64,000 nt of DNA from assembly GCF_006345805.1 (NCBI RefSeq), contig NC_043024.1, positions 12,276,001 through 12,340,000 on the forward strand. The letters run 5' to 3'. Positions 49,195-63,255 of the stretch are shown here, piece after piece. Origin of the DNA: Octopus sinensis (taxonomy: Eukaryota). The notes under the pieces are model-generated. The model was not told the origin of the DNA and searched no databases. It saw nothing but the letters and a program-made list of their open reading frames with translations. Positions within the stretch are counted from its first letter, which is position 1. Each line of letters starts with the position of its first letter. The position numbers and the translations under genes were made by a program.

Positions 49195-51665
49195 GTGGAA
49201 AGCCCTGGTTCTATTTCACTTCTTTATTATTTACATTATTAAAATATTCTTTATTATTTTACTATCATGATCCCTTCCGAGTATATTCTATATTTTCCTT
49301 GATGGATCTAATTCTTTTTTTGTATCTGGTTTGCAAGATTCTAGATGTAAACTTGTGTAGTGAAACAGATTATGTTGTATCTTGGGTGGGTCATTGTGCT
49401 AATACATGCCCTGGTTCTATTTCACTTCTTTATTATTTATATTATTAAAATATTCTTTATTATTTTACTATCATGATCCCTTCCGAGTATATTTTATATT
49501 TTCCTTGATAGATCTAATTCTTTTTTTGTATCTGGTTTGCAAGATTCTAGATGTAAACTTGTGTAGAAAAACAGATTATGTTGTATCTTGGGTGGGTCAT
49601 TGTGCTAATACATGCCCTGGTTCTATTTCGCTTCTTTATTATTTATATTATTAAAATATTCTTTATCATTTAACTATTATGATCCCTTCCAAGTATATTC
49701 TATATTTTCCTTGATAGATCTAATTCTTTTTTTGTATCTGGTTTGCAAGATTCTAGATGTAAACTTGTGTAGTGAAACAGATTTTGTTGTATCTTGGGTG
49801 GGTCATTGTGCTAATACATGCCCTGGTTCTATTTCACTTCTTTATTATTTATATTATTAAAATATTCACTATTATTTTACTATCATGATCCCTTCCGAGT
49901 ATATTCTATATTTTCCTTGATAGATCTAATTCTTTTTTTGTATCTGGTTTGCAAGATTCTAGATGTAAACTTGTGTAGTGAAACAGATTTTGTTGTATCT
50001 TGGGTGGGTCATTGTGCTAATACATGCCTGGTTTTATTTCACTTCTTTATTATTTATATTATTAAAATATTCTTTATTATTTTACTATCAGGATCCCTTC
50101 CGAGTATATTCTACATTTTCCTTGATAGATCTAGATGTAAACTTGTGTAGTGAAACAGATTTTGTTGTATCTTGGGTGGGTCACTGTGCTAATACATGCC
50201 CTGGTTCTATTTCACTTTTTTATTATTTATATTATTAAAATATTCTTTATTATTTTACTATCAGGATCCCTTCCGAGTATATTCTATATTTTCCTTGATA
50301 GATCTAATTCTTTTTTTGTATTTGGTTTGCAAGAATCTAGAGGTAAACTTGTGTAGTGAAACAGATTATGTTGTATCTTGGGTGGGTCATTGTGCTAATA
50401 CATGCCCTGGTTCTATTTCACTTCTTTATTATTTATATTATTAAAATATTCTTTATTATTTTACTATCATGATCCCTTCCGAGTATATTCTATATTTTCC
50501 TTGATAGATCTAATTCTTTTTTTGTATCTGGTTTGCAAGATTCTAGATGTAAACTTGTGTAGTGAAACAGATTTTGTTGTATCTTGGGTGGGTCATTGTG
50601 CTAATACATGCCCTGGTTCTATTTCACTTCATTATTATTTATATTATTTAAATATTCTTTATTATTTTACTATCAGGATCCCTTGCGTGTATATTCTATA
50701 TTTTCCTTGATAGATCTAATTCTTTTTTTGTGTCTGGTTTGCAAGGTCCTAGATGTAAACTTGTGTAGTAAAACAGATTTTGTTGTATCTTGGGTGGGTC
50801 ATTGTGCTAATACATGCCCTGGTTTTATTTCACTTCTTTATTATTTATATTATTAAAATATTCTTTATTATTTTACTATCATGATCCCTTCCGAGTATAT
50901 TCTATATTTTCCTTGATAGATCTAATTCTTTTTTTGTATCTGGTTTGCAAGATTCTAGATGTAAACTTGTGTAGTGAAACAGATTATGTTGTATCTTGGG
51001 TCGGTCATTGTGCTAATACATGCCCTGGTTCTATTTCACTTCTTTATTATTTATATTATTAAAATATTCCTTATTATTTTACTATCATGATCCCTTCCGA
51101 GTATATTCTATATTTTCCTTGATAGATCTAATTCTTTTTTTGTATCTGGTTTGCAAGATTCTAGATGTAAACTTGTGTAGTGAAACAGATTATGTTGTAT
51201 CTTGGGTCGGTCATTGTGCTAATACATGCCCTGGTTCTATTTCACTTCTTTATTATTTATATTATTAAAATATTCCTTATTATTTTACTATCATGATCCC
51301 TTCCGAGTATATTCTATATTTTCCTTGATGGATCTAATTCTTTTTTTGTATATGATTTGCAAGAATCTAGATGTAAACTTGTGTAGTGAAACAGATTATG
51401 TTGTATCTTGGGTGGGTCATTGTGCTAATACATGCCCTGGTTCTATTTCACTTCTTTATTATTTATATTATTAAAATATTCTTTATTATTTTACTATCAT
51501 GTTCCCTTCCGAGTATATTCTATATTTTCCTTGATAGATCTAATTCTTTTTTTGTATCTGGTTTGCAAGATTCTAGATGTAAACTTGTGTAGTGAAACAG
51601 ATTTTGTTGTATTTTGGGTAGGTCATTGTGCCAATACATGCCCTGGTTCTCTTTCACTTCTTTAT
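49195..51665. repeat. 206-bp tandem satellite, about 12 units
   Basis: (g)ccctggtt / gcctggtt recurs at about 49202, 49408, 49614, 49820, 50025, 50198, 50404, 50610, 50816, 51022, 51228, 51434 and 51640; one unit is shortened by about 33 bp. Confidence 0.97.
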
Positions 51666-54600
51666 TATTGCCAATTTTATCTTTTACTTGTTTCAACCAT
51701 TAGACTGATGCTAGCTATTTAACCAATTAACTGATTGTTTGATTAATCATTTAGTTAATCAATCAGTCAGTTGTGTGAGCTTGCTGATTTGGAGTAGAAG
51801 TAATGTCATGGAAGAGGTCACAAAAAAATAATGAAAGTTATTAATCAAACAATTGATTCGTTAAACTGTTAACCAACTTCCAAATAATAAAGAAGTGTTT
51901 ATTATTGGCATTATGAACCTCCCAACATACAATATGGCTTGATTTTTGTTTTACAATAAAGGAAATACTGTATTTCTCAAACCACGTATAACACAATAAT
52001 AGTTAGAGAGAAAAAGACAACACTAAAACACACGTCGTTATATATTTTAACAATTTTAATTATCAAAAACCTCACAAGGCACTTGGCAGGGTTTCTCATC
52101 AAATACCGTACACCTCAAGCGAAAAAAAAAAAAATCAGAAAAAATAAAAAAATTATTTTTTGACTTGTGTATAAAATGACCTTCAGAAGAAGGAGGAGGA
52201 GAAGTAAGAGGATTATTAGGAGGGGGAGAAGAGGAGTTTGACCTTCACAAGTCCTATCACCAGTTTTAGCAGATACATCACCCAATGTTGTGTTTTCCCC
52301 ATAATATTTACAGCAAGGCAACATCTTAAGACATTTTTGACTCTTTTAGATTTAAAAAAATTGATTTTCTTTTTAAAAAAAAATTTATTTTTGTTTCTTT
52401 TGTTTGTTTTTAGGGAACCAGCAGTGGAGTTGTTCATTTTAACAGTTGTTGAACTGGGCAGAGATAAGGTATGTTATACATACACATCTATAAATTTATA
52501 CACACACATATATATATGATCATATTTATGTACATGCATGTAATCTGCACACATAACACACATTCATGGAATATGTATGCAGATTTGATTATACATCATT
52601 TTTTTATGTTTAATTTCTTTTGATGTAACATATATGCTGTATGTATGCTTAATTAGTATTGTTGTACGTTTGTGTATACACACACACACACACACGCTAA
52701 GCCTGTTTCCAAACATTTGTACATTTAAAGGCATATATACAAACATGCTTACATACTAAGTTATATATACACATATGTATATATACACTCACAAATGTAT
52801 ATACATGTCAGAGTAAGAGAATGAGAGAGATCAAGATATTTGTGTGAGAAAGATGGATGCATGTGCAACCAAGAACTCAGTTTTTCTGTGATATCCTATG
52901 CACATACATATAAATCTATATATATATACTCACCTTTCATTATCACACTTCTATATACATATTTCCATGGAAGGGATGGATTTTTACTTTGTTGAACAAT
53001 TGCTTGTTTTTGTTTAGCCCTAGGTCAGCACTGGTCAAGTACACCTATGACCAACTAGTGTTTTTTTAACTCTAGAACTACATTACCAAACATACATATT
53101 TAATAATAATATATAAAGAGAGTAGGGTGTGATTTGTGGGAGATTTAGATGCTATTTCTAGCAGGTCAAATAAACAAAGAAATTCATTTAGCTTGTGTCC
53201 TTCCAACTGTCATCAGCCAAACAGAAGCAGGAGCGACTCCAATGGCTGTGGCAAGACCAACAGCACTTTGCCATGTAGCATTTTATTTTCATGTTGTGTG
53301 CAGCTGTCATGGGTGCTTCTACATGGCTACTTGCAGTTCTAGAAATAAGTCAAAATCTCGTGAGGAAATTATTGTATATATATTTACTTTTATTACAGAC
53401 GAATGATAGGCTTTGAACTCCAAACTTTTTATATACACATAATGAAATATGGTAAACATATTCAAAAACAAAACATATGAGTTAATGTATTCTCAGATAT
53501 ACGTAGGCTATTTCTATGATGGTACCTTCTATCATAGGTCTGCTTGATGAGCCAAAGCTAACAACGTTCTCATATGTTCATATAAAAATTTTATTTTTTT
53601 TATACCTAAACGACCTCTGATCCTTAACTGGGTTCTTTTGTTATAAATAACTTATTTTTGGTCCCCTGATATGTCCAGTGGAATATTTCTAAAACTTACT
53701 ACCACCTTCCCCACCACATTACTATCCCTAAAATCAGCAGTTTTCTTTTTTAACGACATTCACAGAATACAAAAAGCAACACTGGGAACTAGTATCACAG
53801 CATCTGAAGCTGAAAGCAAGTGAACCCTGTTTACGCACCCCAGGGGCTGGGGGTGGGGGTTAAAAACCAAACAACAGATGAAATCGTCTGCCCTGAACTA
53901 AGAACCACTCATTGGACAGGCTTCCTTACAGTTTCTGTCTGTATTATTTCGCTCACAAGATATTTCGTAATTGATCCAAGTCTTAATGACTGGAAGTCAT
54001 TATTATCACTAATTATCATTTATGATAACAAATTGATCTTTACGAGAGCATGTAGTATAGCTGGGCCAATATATTGGGCAACCAATCAAGAAGGTTGAGT
54101 CTTGTTCACAACAGGTGGAGTTCTATGACATAGTGGATAGGAAACCAGGAGAAATAGCAATGATTGTTAATGGATGTACCCATGTGTAGTTAAATGACAG
54201 GATAGGTTGAACACAGACAGCAGTGATTGTTAATAGGTGCACCCCCAGATGTTGAGAAAACACCTAGAAAAATAGCAGAAATTGATAACAGATATACTCT
54301 GGAGGTATGGGAATAACTACTATTGAGAGAGACTAATAGGAAAATCAACAGATTTTTTTTTTCACACATACAGTATATACACACACATTTATAAGCATAC
54401 ATGCATGCATATATATACGCACACACACATACATACATGAAGCTAACCAGACAGCCTGTATGGATAAAAGTTGTATGTGGGAGTTATATACATAAAGAGA
54501 TAATGGAATGTATATATTAACAGCAGTTGTGAAATGATGGTTTACTCTTATTCCTTCTTTCTCTCAACACACATCCATATATTCATGCATTTATTCATGC

Positions 54601-55530
54601 ATATATTCATCCATATATTCACAGACAGACATGAAAAATACATACATATATATATATGCTCAAATTTTTGTACACATATATGCTTGTGTGTTTACGTGTG
54701 TGTGTATATATATATATCATACACACTGTCAAGGCATAAGGAGACACAAAGTTGAATGTTTAAGTTTACTTGGCAACTGTAAAGTCCCGTGGTTGATGCT
54801 GTGGCATGTCCTCTACCGTAGACTTAACAGTCCTTTTGAGTGTAGAAACTTATCTCATGGATTGTGCAAATATTTCAAAGGGTCACAGTTTCATTCTCAT
54901 CTAGCCCGAAATCCTTATATACAGAACTTGCTTCCACCGTTTCCACCTACCATTGGTTGGCCTGGGGATTATAGTGGAAGACGACACTTGCTTGAGGTGG
55001 CTCATAGTAGGACTGAACCTGGAACCATGTGGTTGCAAAGTGGGCATTTTAATCACGCAGCCATTTCTGGACCTGTGTGGGGGATGCTGTTTTTTCTTTA
55101 AACATTTTATGAAAAAACTTTGTGCAAAAATTCTAAATCCGTTCACCTAATTTTTTTTATTTCTCCCCACCAATATTCTTCATCGTGATCTTCCATCAGA
55201 GACAAAACTAACAACCAACAAGTGTCTTTTTTTTTTCTTTTATAATTTTCTGCCTCCACTCAGCTTTTTGCTTCCTTTTTTTTAGGTTTGCTGATTTCAG
55301 AATATCACAGAAATTGTTATTTTGTGTTTTTTCTTCTTCTGCTGGTTCATAACCAGGAGCATTTGTGTATTTATATGTTTTGTTTTCTTCTCTCTTTGCA
55401 CTTTGTCACATGTTTTACCTTCTGTCACACACACACACACTCTTTCTACTTCATTATTTAAAAAAAAAAAAAATCAAAATTAGGAAAAAAAAAATGTTGA
55501 TTTTCTAGCAACTATTAATGATAATTGATG

Positions 55531-55697
55531 ATATGAAGAGCGAGATGTGATTGTCATTTTGGTTGAACGACATTCCGACAACTTGGCTGTCTTTGTCAAG
55601 TTCAAAACATTTCATTTTGAATTCAACAAAGACAGGCAAACTGTTGAAATATCCAACCAATGAAGTGTCTATTGCAACTGCATCATGCTCTTCGTAT
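55531..55697. repeat. About 165-bp imperfect palindrome (MITE-like hairpin)
   Basis: atgaagagc/gctcttcgt, ttggttga/tccaaccaa, ctgtctttgt/acaaagacag and ttcaaaa/ttttgaa nested symmetrically. Confidence 0.65.
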
Positions 55698-57229
55698 TGT
55701 CTATTTACCTTTAAAAGATAATATTAATCGTTTTTACTATAGGTATGAGGCCTGAAATTTTCGGGTAGGGGACTAGTTGATTACATTGATCTTAGTCTTT
55801 TACTGGTACTTAATTTACCGATCCTGAAAGGATGAAAGGCAAAGTCGACCTCAGCGGTATTTGAACTCAGACCGTGGAGACAGACGAAGTAGCCCTATAC
55901 ATTATAATAACCAAAGGTACAAGGTCAATTTTGGGGGTTGAGAAGTGAGATGTGTCAAAGACATTCACTGCTGCTGTTTATGATTGGTACATTAATATTT
56001 TACTGAGCTCTCAATCCCGTCTCAAAGAATGAAAGACAAAATATTTGGTGGGAAGGGTATTGTCTATGTAAGTGGCTTCCTCCAGCCACTGTCCCCACAA
56101 TATTTTATTTATCGCCACAGGCAAAATGGTGACAAGTAAAACTGACCTTGGCACCCCTGAAATAAGAACATAGCTTAATACATCACAATGCATTTTGTCT
56201 GATGCCTCACTTACTCTGTATTAAAATATTTCTAATATTTAATTATTAGAGGGTGTTGGGCCAGTCAATTGAACTGACACCAGTATTTTACTGGTACTTT
56301 ATTTTATCATCCCTGAAAGGATGAAAAGCAAAGTTGGCTTGAAAGAGATTCGAACTCAGAACATAGAATGACACAACTCAATAACAGAAGGCATTTTTCT
56401 GGTGTTCTAATGAGTCCCTCAATCTAAAAACCTAATACTAATATTTCCTCACTTAAGCACAAGAGCAAAAATTTTGAGGAAAGGTGGTGGTGGGGGGGTT
56501 GTCAAAAGTATTAATCCTTGTACTTTAATTACTTGGCCCTGGATGGACGAAAGGTAATGTTGACTTTATGCAATTTGAACTTGGAATGTATAGAGCCTGA
56601 ACAAATTCCACAACAAAAATTTGCTCAACATTCTAAAGATTCTGGCAGTTCACTGCTATAATAATAATAACAGTATTATGTAACACAAAATATAGAGAAA
56701 CAATAATAGTAACAATAATTAGTATTATCATAAACATTAATGATTTTTAGAAAACAAAAATTGTTTAGTTTGAACTTTAGGAAGATGACAATTAACACTG
56801 ATATGGAGGTAAAAAAATATAAATCAGAACAGGTGTTATATAATCAGTGAGCTTATTTTCAAGATTCTCCTTTCGTTCCACACATCCTACACTTGTTCTC
56901 AGGTGTTATTGGTCCAAACATGACCATCCTCACCACAAGTTTCTCAATTCTCTCCAAATCTGTCTTATGCATGCATTAAGCATAGTGAGTGATTGGTGCT
57001 AAGTATATACATATACACAAACACACGCATATATATACACACACATATCTACGCATATGTACATATATATACACATACACATTTATGTACACACATACCC
57101 ATATATATATATACATACACACATATATATACATATATATATACGCACGCACACACACATATGTATGTATACACAGACATGCAGGAATAGACACCTTCAA
57201 TTTTCAAAATTTCTAATCTAAGCATCTTA

Positions 57230-57560
57230 ATGTTTTCAGCGATGTAAAATTTACAATGTAATTATTCTTTTTCATTCCAGGTGCCATTATATTAAACATT
57301 TGCGAAGAGCAAACATGCCACGCACAAAAAATTCAGCAGAACTGTCAGATTTTCAAAGGGGCTCATATTGTTGAGCAATCTGAGGCTGTTCTCGGCCAGC
57401 GAAATATTGCTGAAAACTTTCAACTTCCTCTTATACTGCAATTCAAAAACCAAGGAAAAGAATGACCAATTTTCGTATTGGCCTACCTGGGCGAACATGT
57501 GTTACATATTTGCAGAAACTTTGGTATTATGAATGAGCAGCCGGAAAAAAACGTCTCCTT
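57230..57560 (+). mobile_element. Tc1 transposase 5' fragment
   Basis: MPRTKNSAELSDFQRG, followed after a frameshift by IVEQSEAVLGQRNIAENFQLPL (paired-like HTH). Confidence 0.75.
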
Positions 57561-57619
57561 CAACCAATAAATATCAAATAAAAAATTTTGAAAATTAATA
57601 TTGTCTTTTTACTTCCTGC

Positions 57620-58176
57620 ATGTTTGTGTACATATACACACATACTTACATATACATAAGCATACCTATATACACATACATACATGTATATACACATACA
57701 TATATGTATATATACATATATATACATACATATATATACAATATTATGTATATATATTACATGTATATATAATATACATGTATATATATATACATATATA
57801 TGTATATATATATACATATATAGTATATATATATACATATATATGTTATATATATACATGTATATATATATACATAATATGTATATAATATACATATATA
57901 TGTATAATATATACATATATATGTTATATATATATATATATATTATGTATATATATATACATATATATGTATATATACATGTATATATATATATAATATG
58001 TATGTATATATGTATGTATATATATATACATATATGTATATATATATGTATGTATATATATACATATATATATACATATATATGTATATATATATATATA
58101 TATACATATTACATATATATATACATATATACATACATATATACATATATATGTATATATATATATATATTACATG

Positions 58177-58207
<31 letters not shown>

Positions 58208-59945
58208 GTATATGTATGTATGTATATATATATGTATATATATATGTATATATATGTATATATATGTGTATATATATATGTATATATATGTATGTATGTA
58301 TATATGTATGTATATGTGTATGTATGTATGTATGTACATATATATATATGTATGTATGTTGTATGTATATGTATGTATGTATGTATGTATGTATATGTAT
58401 GTATGTATATATAGTATGTATATATATATGTATGTATGTATATATATATGTATGTATGTAGTATATATATATGATATATATGTATGTATATATATATATG
58501 TATATATATATAATGTATGTATATAGATATGTATGTATATATATATATGTATGTATATATATATATGTATGTATATATATATATATATGTATGTATATAA
58601 TATATATATGTATGTATTATATATATATGTATGTATAATATAATATGTATATAATATATATATATGTATGTATATATATATATATATATAATATAGTATA
58701 TATATGTATATATGTATATATTATATATGTATATATGTATATATATATATATATACTATATATATATATATATATGTGTATATTTGTATATATATATATA
58801 TGTATATATGTATATATATGTATATATATATATATACATATATACATATATATGTAATATATGTATATATATATACATACTATAATATATATACATACAT
58901 ATATATATTATACATACATATGTATATATATATACATACATATGTATATATATATACATACATATGTTATATATATATACATACATATTAATATATATAC
59001 ATACATATATATATATATACATATACATATATATATACACATACATATACATATATATATTACATACATATATATACATATATATTACACATACATATAC
59101 ATATATATATACACATACATATACATATATATATACACATATATGTATACGTATATATATATACGTATACATATATGTATGTGTATATATATATATATAT
59201 GTATATATATGTATATATATGTATACATATATATATACATATATATATGTATACATATATATATACATATACATATATATATACATATGTACATATATAC
59301 ATATATACACACATATATATATACACATATACACACATATATATATACACATATACACACATATATATATACATATATACACACATATATACATACATAT
59401 ATACACACATATATACACACATATATACATATATATATATATATACATATATATATACATAACATATATACATATATATATATATACATATATACATATA
59501 TACATATATACACATATATACATATATACACATATATATATACATATATATATATATATACATATATATATTACATATATATATATATATATACGTATAT
59601 ATATATATACGTATATATATATATGTATATAGTATATATATATATATATATGTAATATATATATATACGTATATATATAACGTATATATATATATACGTA
59701 TATATATATTATATGTATATATATGTGTATATATGTATGTGTGTATATATATGTATATAAATATGTATATATATATGTATGTATATATTTATGTATATAT
59801 ATATTTATGTATATATATATGTATGTATATATATATGTATGTATATATATATATATATATATACATATGTATATATATGTGTATATTTGTATATATATAT
59901 ATATGCATGTATGTGTGTATATATGTATATACATATATATATATT
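57620..59945. repeat. About 2.3-kb (TA)n/(TATG)n/(CATA)n microsatellite field
   Basis: Direct reading. Confidence 0.97.
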
Positions 59946-60166
59946 TATACATTCTTTTATGTTTCAGTCATGTGACTGGAGCACCACCTTTAGCCAAGCA
60001 AATCGACCCCAGGACTTATTCTTTTTAAGCCTAGTACCCGTTCTATCAGTCTCCTCTGCCAAGTCACGGGGACATATATATGCACATATAATAATATTAG
60101 GGATTAAATTCAAACTTACAGGGAAAAATTAGATTTAAGTTTAAATCAAATTTCACAATATAAGTT

Positions 60167-61703
60167 TAAATTAGAGATAAAACCACTTTTAGGCAAATCA
60201 AACAGTGAAAAACATCTTCAGGTTAATGATAATAGTTAAATAAATAAGCAAATATATTTAAACAATATTTTTTTTTTAAATATATAAAATAATATGTTTT
60301 CTAATAAAAAAACTCTATTATCAAATTAGAAACTTTAACCATTAGGATTATGTTAAATATTAATTCTTAAGGTAAAAAAATAGATAGAAAAATGTATTTA
60401 TCTATTAAGATATAATATGGCTTTTTAAAAAATCATAATAAACTCCTGAATATCCTAATCTCATTTAATTATTTAATTATTTAACAAAATAAGCACTATT
60501 CATATTTTTTAATTTAAGTTCAAATCTAATTATTATAATGTTTAAGAATAATAACTAAATTATTAATAAATATAATTATTAATAAATATAATAATTAAGA
60601 ACTAAAATTTACTCTATTAATAAATATATAGACATATAATGAAAATTAAATAAATTAATTATTCCATCATAACTTACGTAAATATTAAATGTTAAATATT
60701 TATGAAATATATTAAAAGATGAAAAAGCAAATTATAAACGTATAACCTATCTTAAAAAACCATATAACTATTTAACGATCTATATGTCTCGGCTCAGTAA
60801 TAATACAAATCTTCAACCACTAATTAGTTATACAATCAAATTAACAAACAGTTGTTATATAGTATCCAATATAATACAATATAACAAATTATTAAAGTAA
60901 CTTAATAAAAAGGTTTACTTAGCTTTCAAAATTTGGAAAATTCTTTTATCAATGAAAAGTACTAATAAATATTATCAATAGAACAAAGTCACTTTTAGAG
61001 ATATCTATGAATATATAATATGGCTTAAGAAAACATAATAAACTCACGAATATCATTAACTCAGTTATAGTCCTGAGTTAATTACCAAATAATTTAACTA
61101 AATAATCATTATTCAAATTTTAGATTTAAGTACACATCTAATAATTATAAAATATTTAAAAAATAATAACTAAATTATTATCAAAAATATAGTGATTAAA
61201 ATCTAAAATTTACACTATTAATAAATGTATAGACATATAAATAAATAAATTAGTTAGTCCAATACTAATTACATAAATATTAATATAATTATGAGATACA
61301 TTAAAAAAATTAAAGATTAAAATCAAATTATAAACCAGTAACCTGACTTAATAAAAAACTGTATAACTATTAACGATCTCTTTGTCTAATTAATATCTTA
61401 CAAATAAAGTAGAGTTATAATCTAATAATTATATACATATCTTCAACAACTAAATCATTAAGTAACAATCAATATTTATATAGTATACAAAATAATACCA
61501 TAAGACTTATTAAAATATTTAAAAATCTTAAATAGAAATAGATTTCTTACCTTTCCAAGACTGTGTTAACGTATTTTATATTTTGATAGTTTAAAAAAAA
61601 CTATAAGTTAACAATTTATAAATATAAAAAATTTTAAATATAATATTTATTTTTATGTTTTTCACAGTTTGATTTGCCTAATAGTGGTTTTATCTCTAAT
61701 TTA
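60167..61703. mobile_element. Extremely AT-rich non-autonomous DNA element with 49-bp TIRs and an internal ~600-bp diverged duplication
   Basis: taaattagagataaaaccacttttaggcaaatcaaacagtgaaaaacat versus the reverse complement of 61655-61703 (2 mismatches); about 60410-60900 resembles 61010-61540. Confidence 0.85.
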
Positions 61704-62029
61704 ATTTATATATATGTATGTATATATACATATATATATATATGTGTGTGTGTATTTGTATATTGTACTAAAGTTTTGTCTCTCCTCAAAATTTGACCCT
61801 TGGCTGACTGCAAATGGAAACCGGCCAAAGCGAGATGGAACTCCACATGAAATACATTTTATAATGCTTACATTATGATATAATCATAAGTGTCTGCATA
61901 TGAGTGTTTGTGTGTATATATTTATCTATCTATACCTCTGCCCATGTGCAAGTGTGTATATAGCATGTATAAATACAAATGCATGTATCTACATGAATAT
62001 ACACCCATGCACATGTAATAACTTTTTGT

Positions 62030-62640
62030 GTTTTTATATATATATATATCTATATGAACTTATGTAGTATATGTATGTATACATATAATTTATATATATG
62101 CATACATATTGCTATGCATGTACATATGCCTATACATGAGTATCAGCTTTTGTATACACATGCACATGTATACATGTATTCTGCATTTGTATTTGCAAAT
62201 GAACATATGTATATAATTATATATACATGTGTGCACAAAGACATAAATGTGTATATAATCACACACCCGCAAACGTGTGCATGCACAGATACACATAGAT
62301 ATGTATATCGATACACACACATTATACATATATCTATCTGTAACTATGTATGTATATAAAAGTTAGCAATGCACTTGTACTTATATATACATGCATATGA
62401 TATGCACAAGTATATATGATTATATGTATAAATAATAGAAGGCATATATATAAATATATATTACTGTATGCTTGTGTGTGTTTATATATATACTTATACA
62501 TGCATATATATATACACACACACACACATATACATACATATATTTATATGTGTGCATGTGTATATATTTACAAACACACACATATATATGCTTATATATA
62601 CATATTTACATATGTATAGAAGCATGTATATATATATATA
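62030..62640. repeat. Degenerate AT/CA microsatellite, probably within or near the GALNT-like 3' UTR
   Basis: Direct reading. Confidence 0.8.
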
Positions 62641-62790
62641 TATTTGATATGTTACTACCTTATTTTGGTCCAGTAATTTTTATGGCTATCATTACTGTCT
62701 TCTTTCTTAATTAGACATTTTCTTTTTTCATTATTTTCTTCTGTTTTGTTTCTTTATTTCGTCAATTTTGCTTCCATTATTTTGAAGTTG

Positions 62791-62946
62791 TCACAAACGG
62801 TTCCGGTTTGAACCTCCACTCACTGCTTTCCTCTTCCAGAACCAAATTTGTCGATCAATGCCTGTGCAGGGCTTCATTAACAGCGTCTTCCCATCCATTG
62901 ATATTTCCATGCACTTCAGTGTGTTCACATGTAAAATTGTTCGATC
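62791..62946 (-). CDS. Terminal exon of a ricin-type lectin domain protein, most likely a polypeptide N-acetylgalactosaminyltransferase (GALNT family)
   Basis: ttctttcaaattcacag|GAT CGA; DRTILHVNTLKCMEISMDGKTLLMKPCTGIDRQIWFWKRKAVSGGSNRNRL-stop. It has the C-x14-C-x5-Q-x-W pattern of the last ricin-B subdomain. This frame is not in the ORF track; upstream exons lie beyond the window. Confidence 0.7.
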   Translation of the reverse strand, partial: DRTILHVNTLKCMEISMDGKTLLMKPCTGIDRQIWFWKRKAVSGGSNRNRL

Positions 62947-63255
62947 CTGTGAATTTGAAAGAAAGCACGAATATAATACATAATAATGATATATAATAAC
63001 AATCCATTACAGTCAGAAGTGCTTCTCCTAAAAGTCTCAAGGCTTCTGGAATGCTCTGAACGTCAAGTATTGTCTGGGGATATCTCAATATAGTTGCTAA
63101 ATTAAGCTTCACGAAATTGCAATTAAATCTCCCCCAACAACACTACCAGTTTGAAAAATATATATATGTCAGTTTATGTTTCACGTTTCTTGGAAACAAA
63201 AGCATAGAAATACGTGGATTGTGTCTGTGGAGGAAAAACAAAGGAAATAATAATA

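Noticed and set aside
49406-51722. Repeated 82-aa hydrophobic ORFs (MPWFYFTSLL...)
   Set aside because: By-product of the 206-bp unit, which is not a multiple of 3; no splice or Kozak support
32063-57560. Tc1 3' fragment (32 kb) and Tc1 5' fragment (57 kb) as halves of one giant composite transposon
   Set aside because: The order is reversed for a single element, no matching TIRs or TSD were seen, and an assembly gap lies between them
60080-61710. Possible NUMT or mitochondrial control region
   Set aside because: No tRNA, rRNA or mitochondrial protein motifs seen; 49-bp TIRs explain it better as a DNA element
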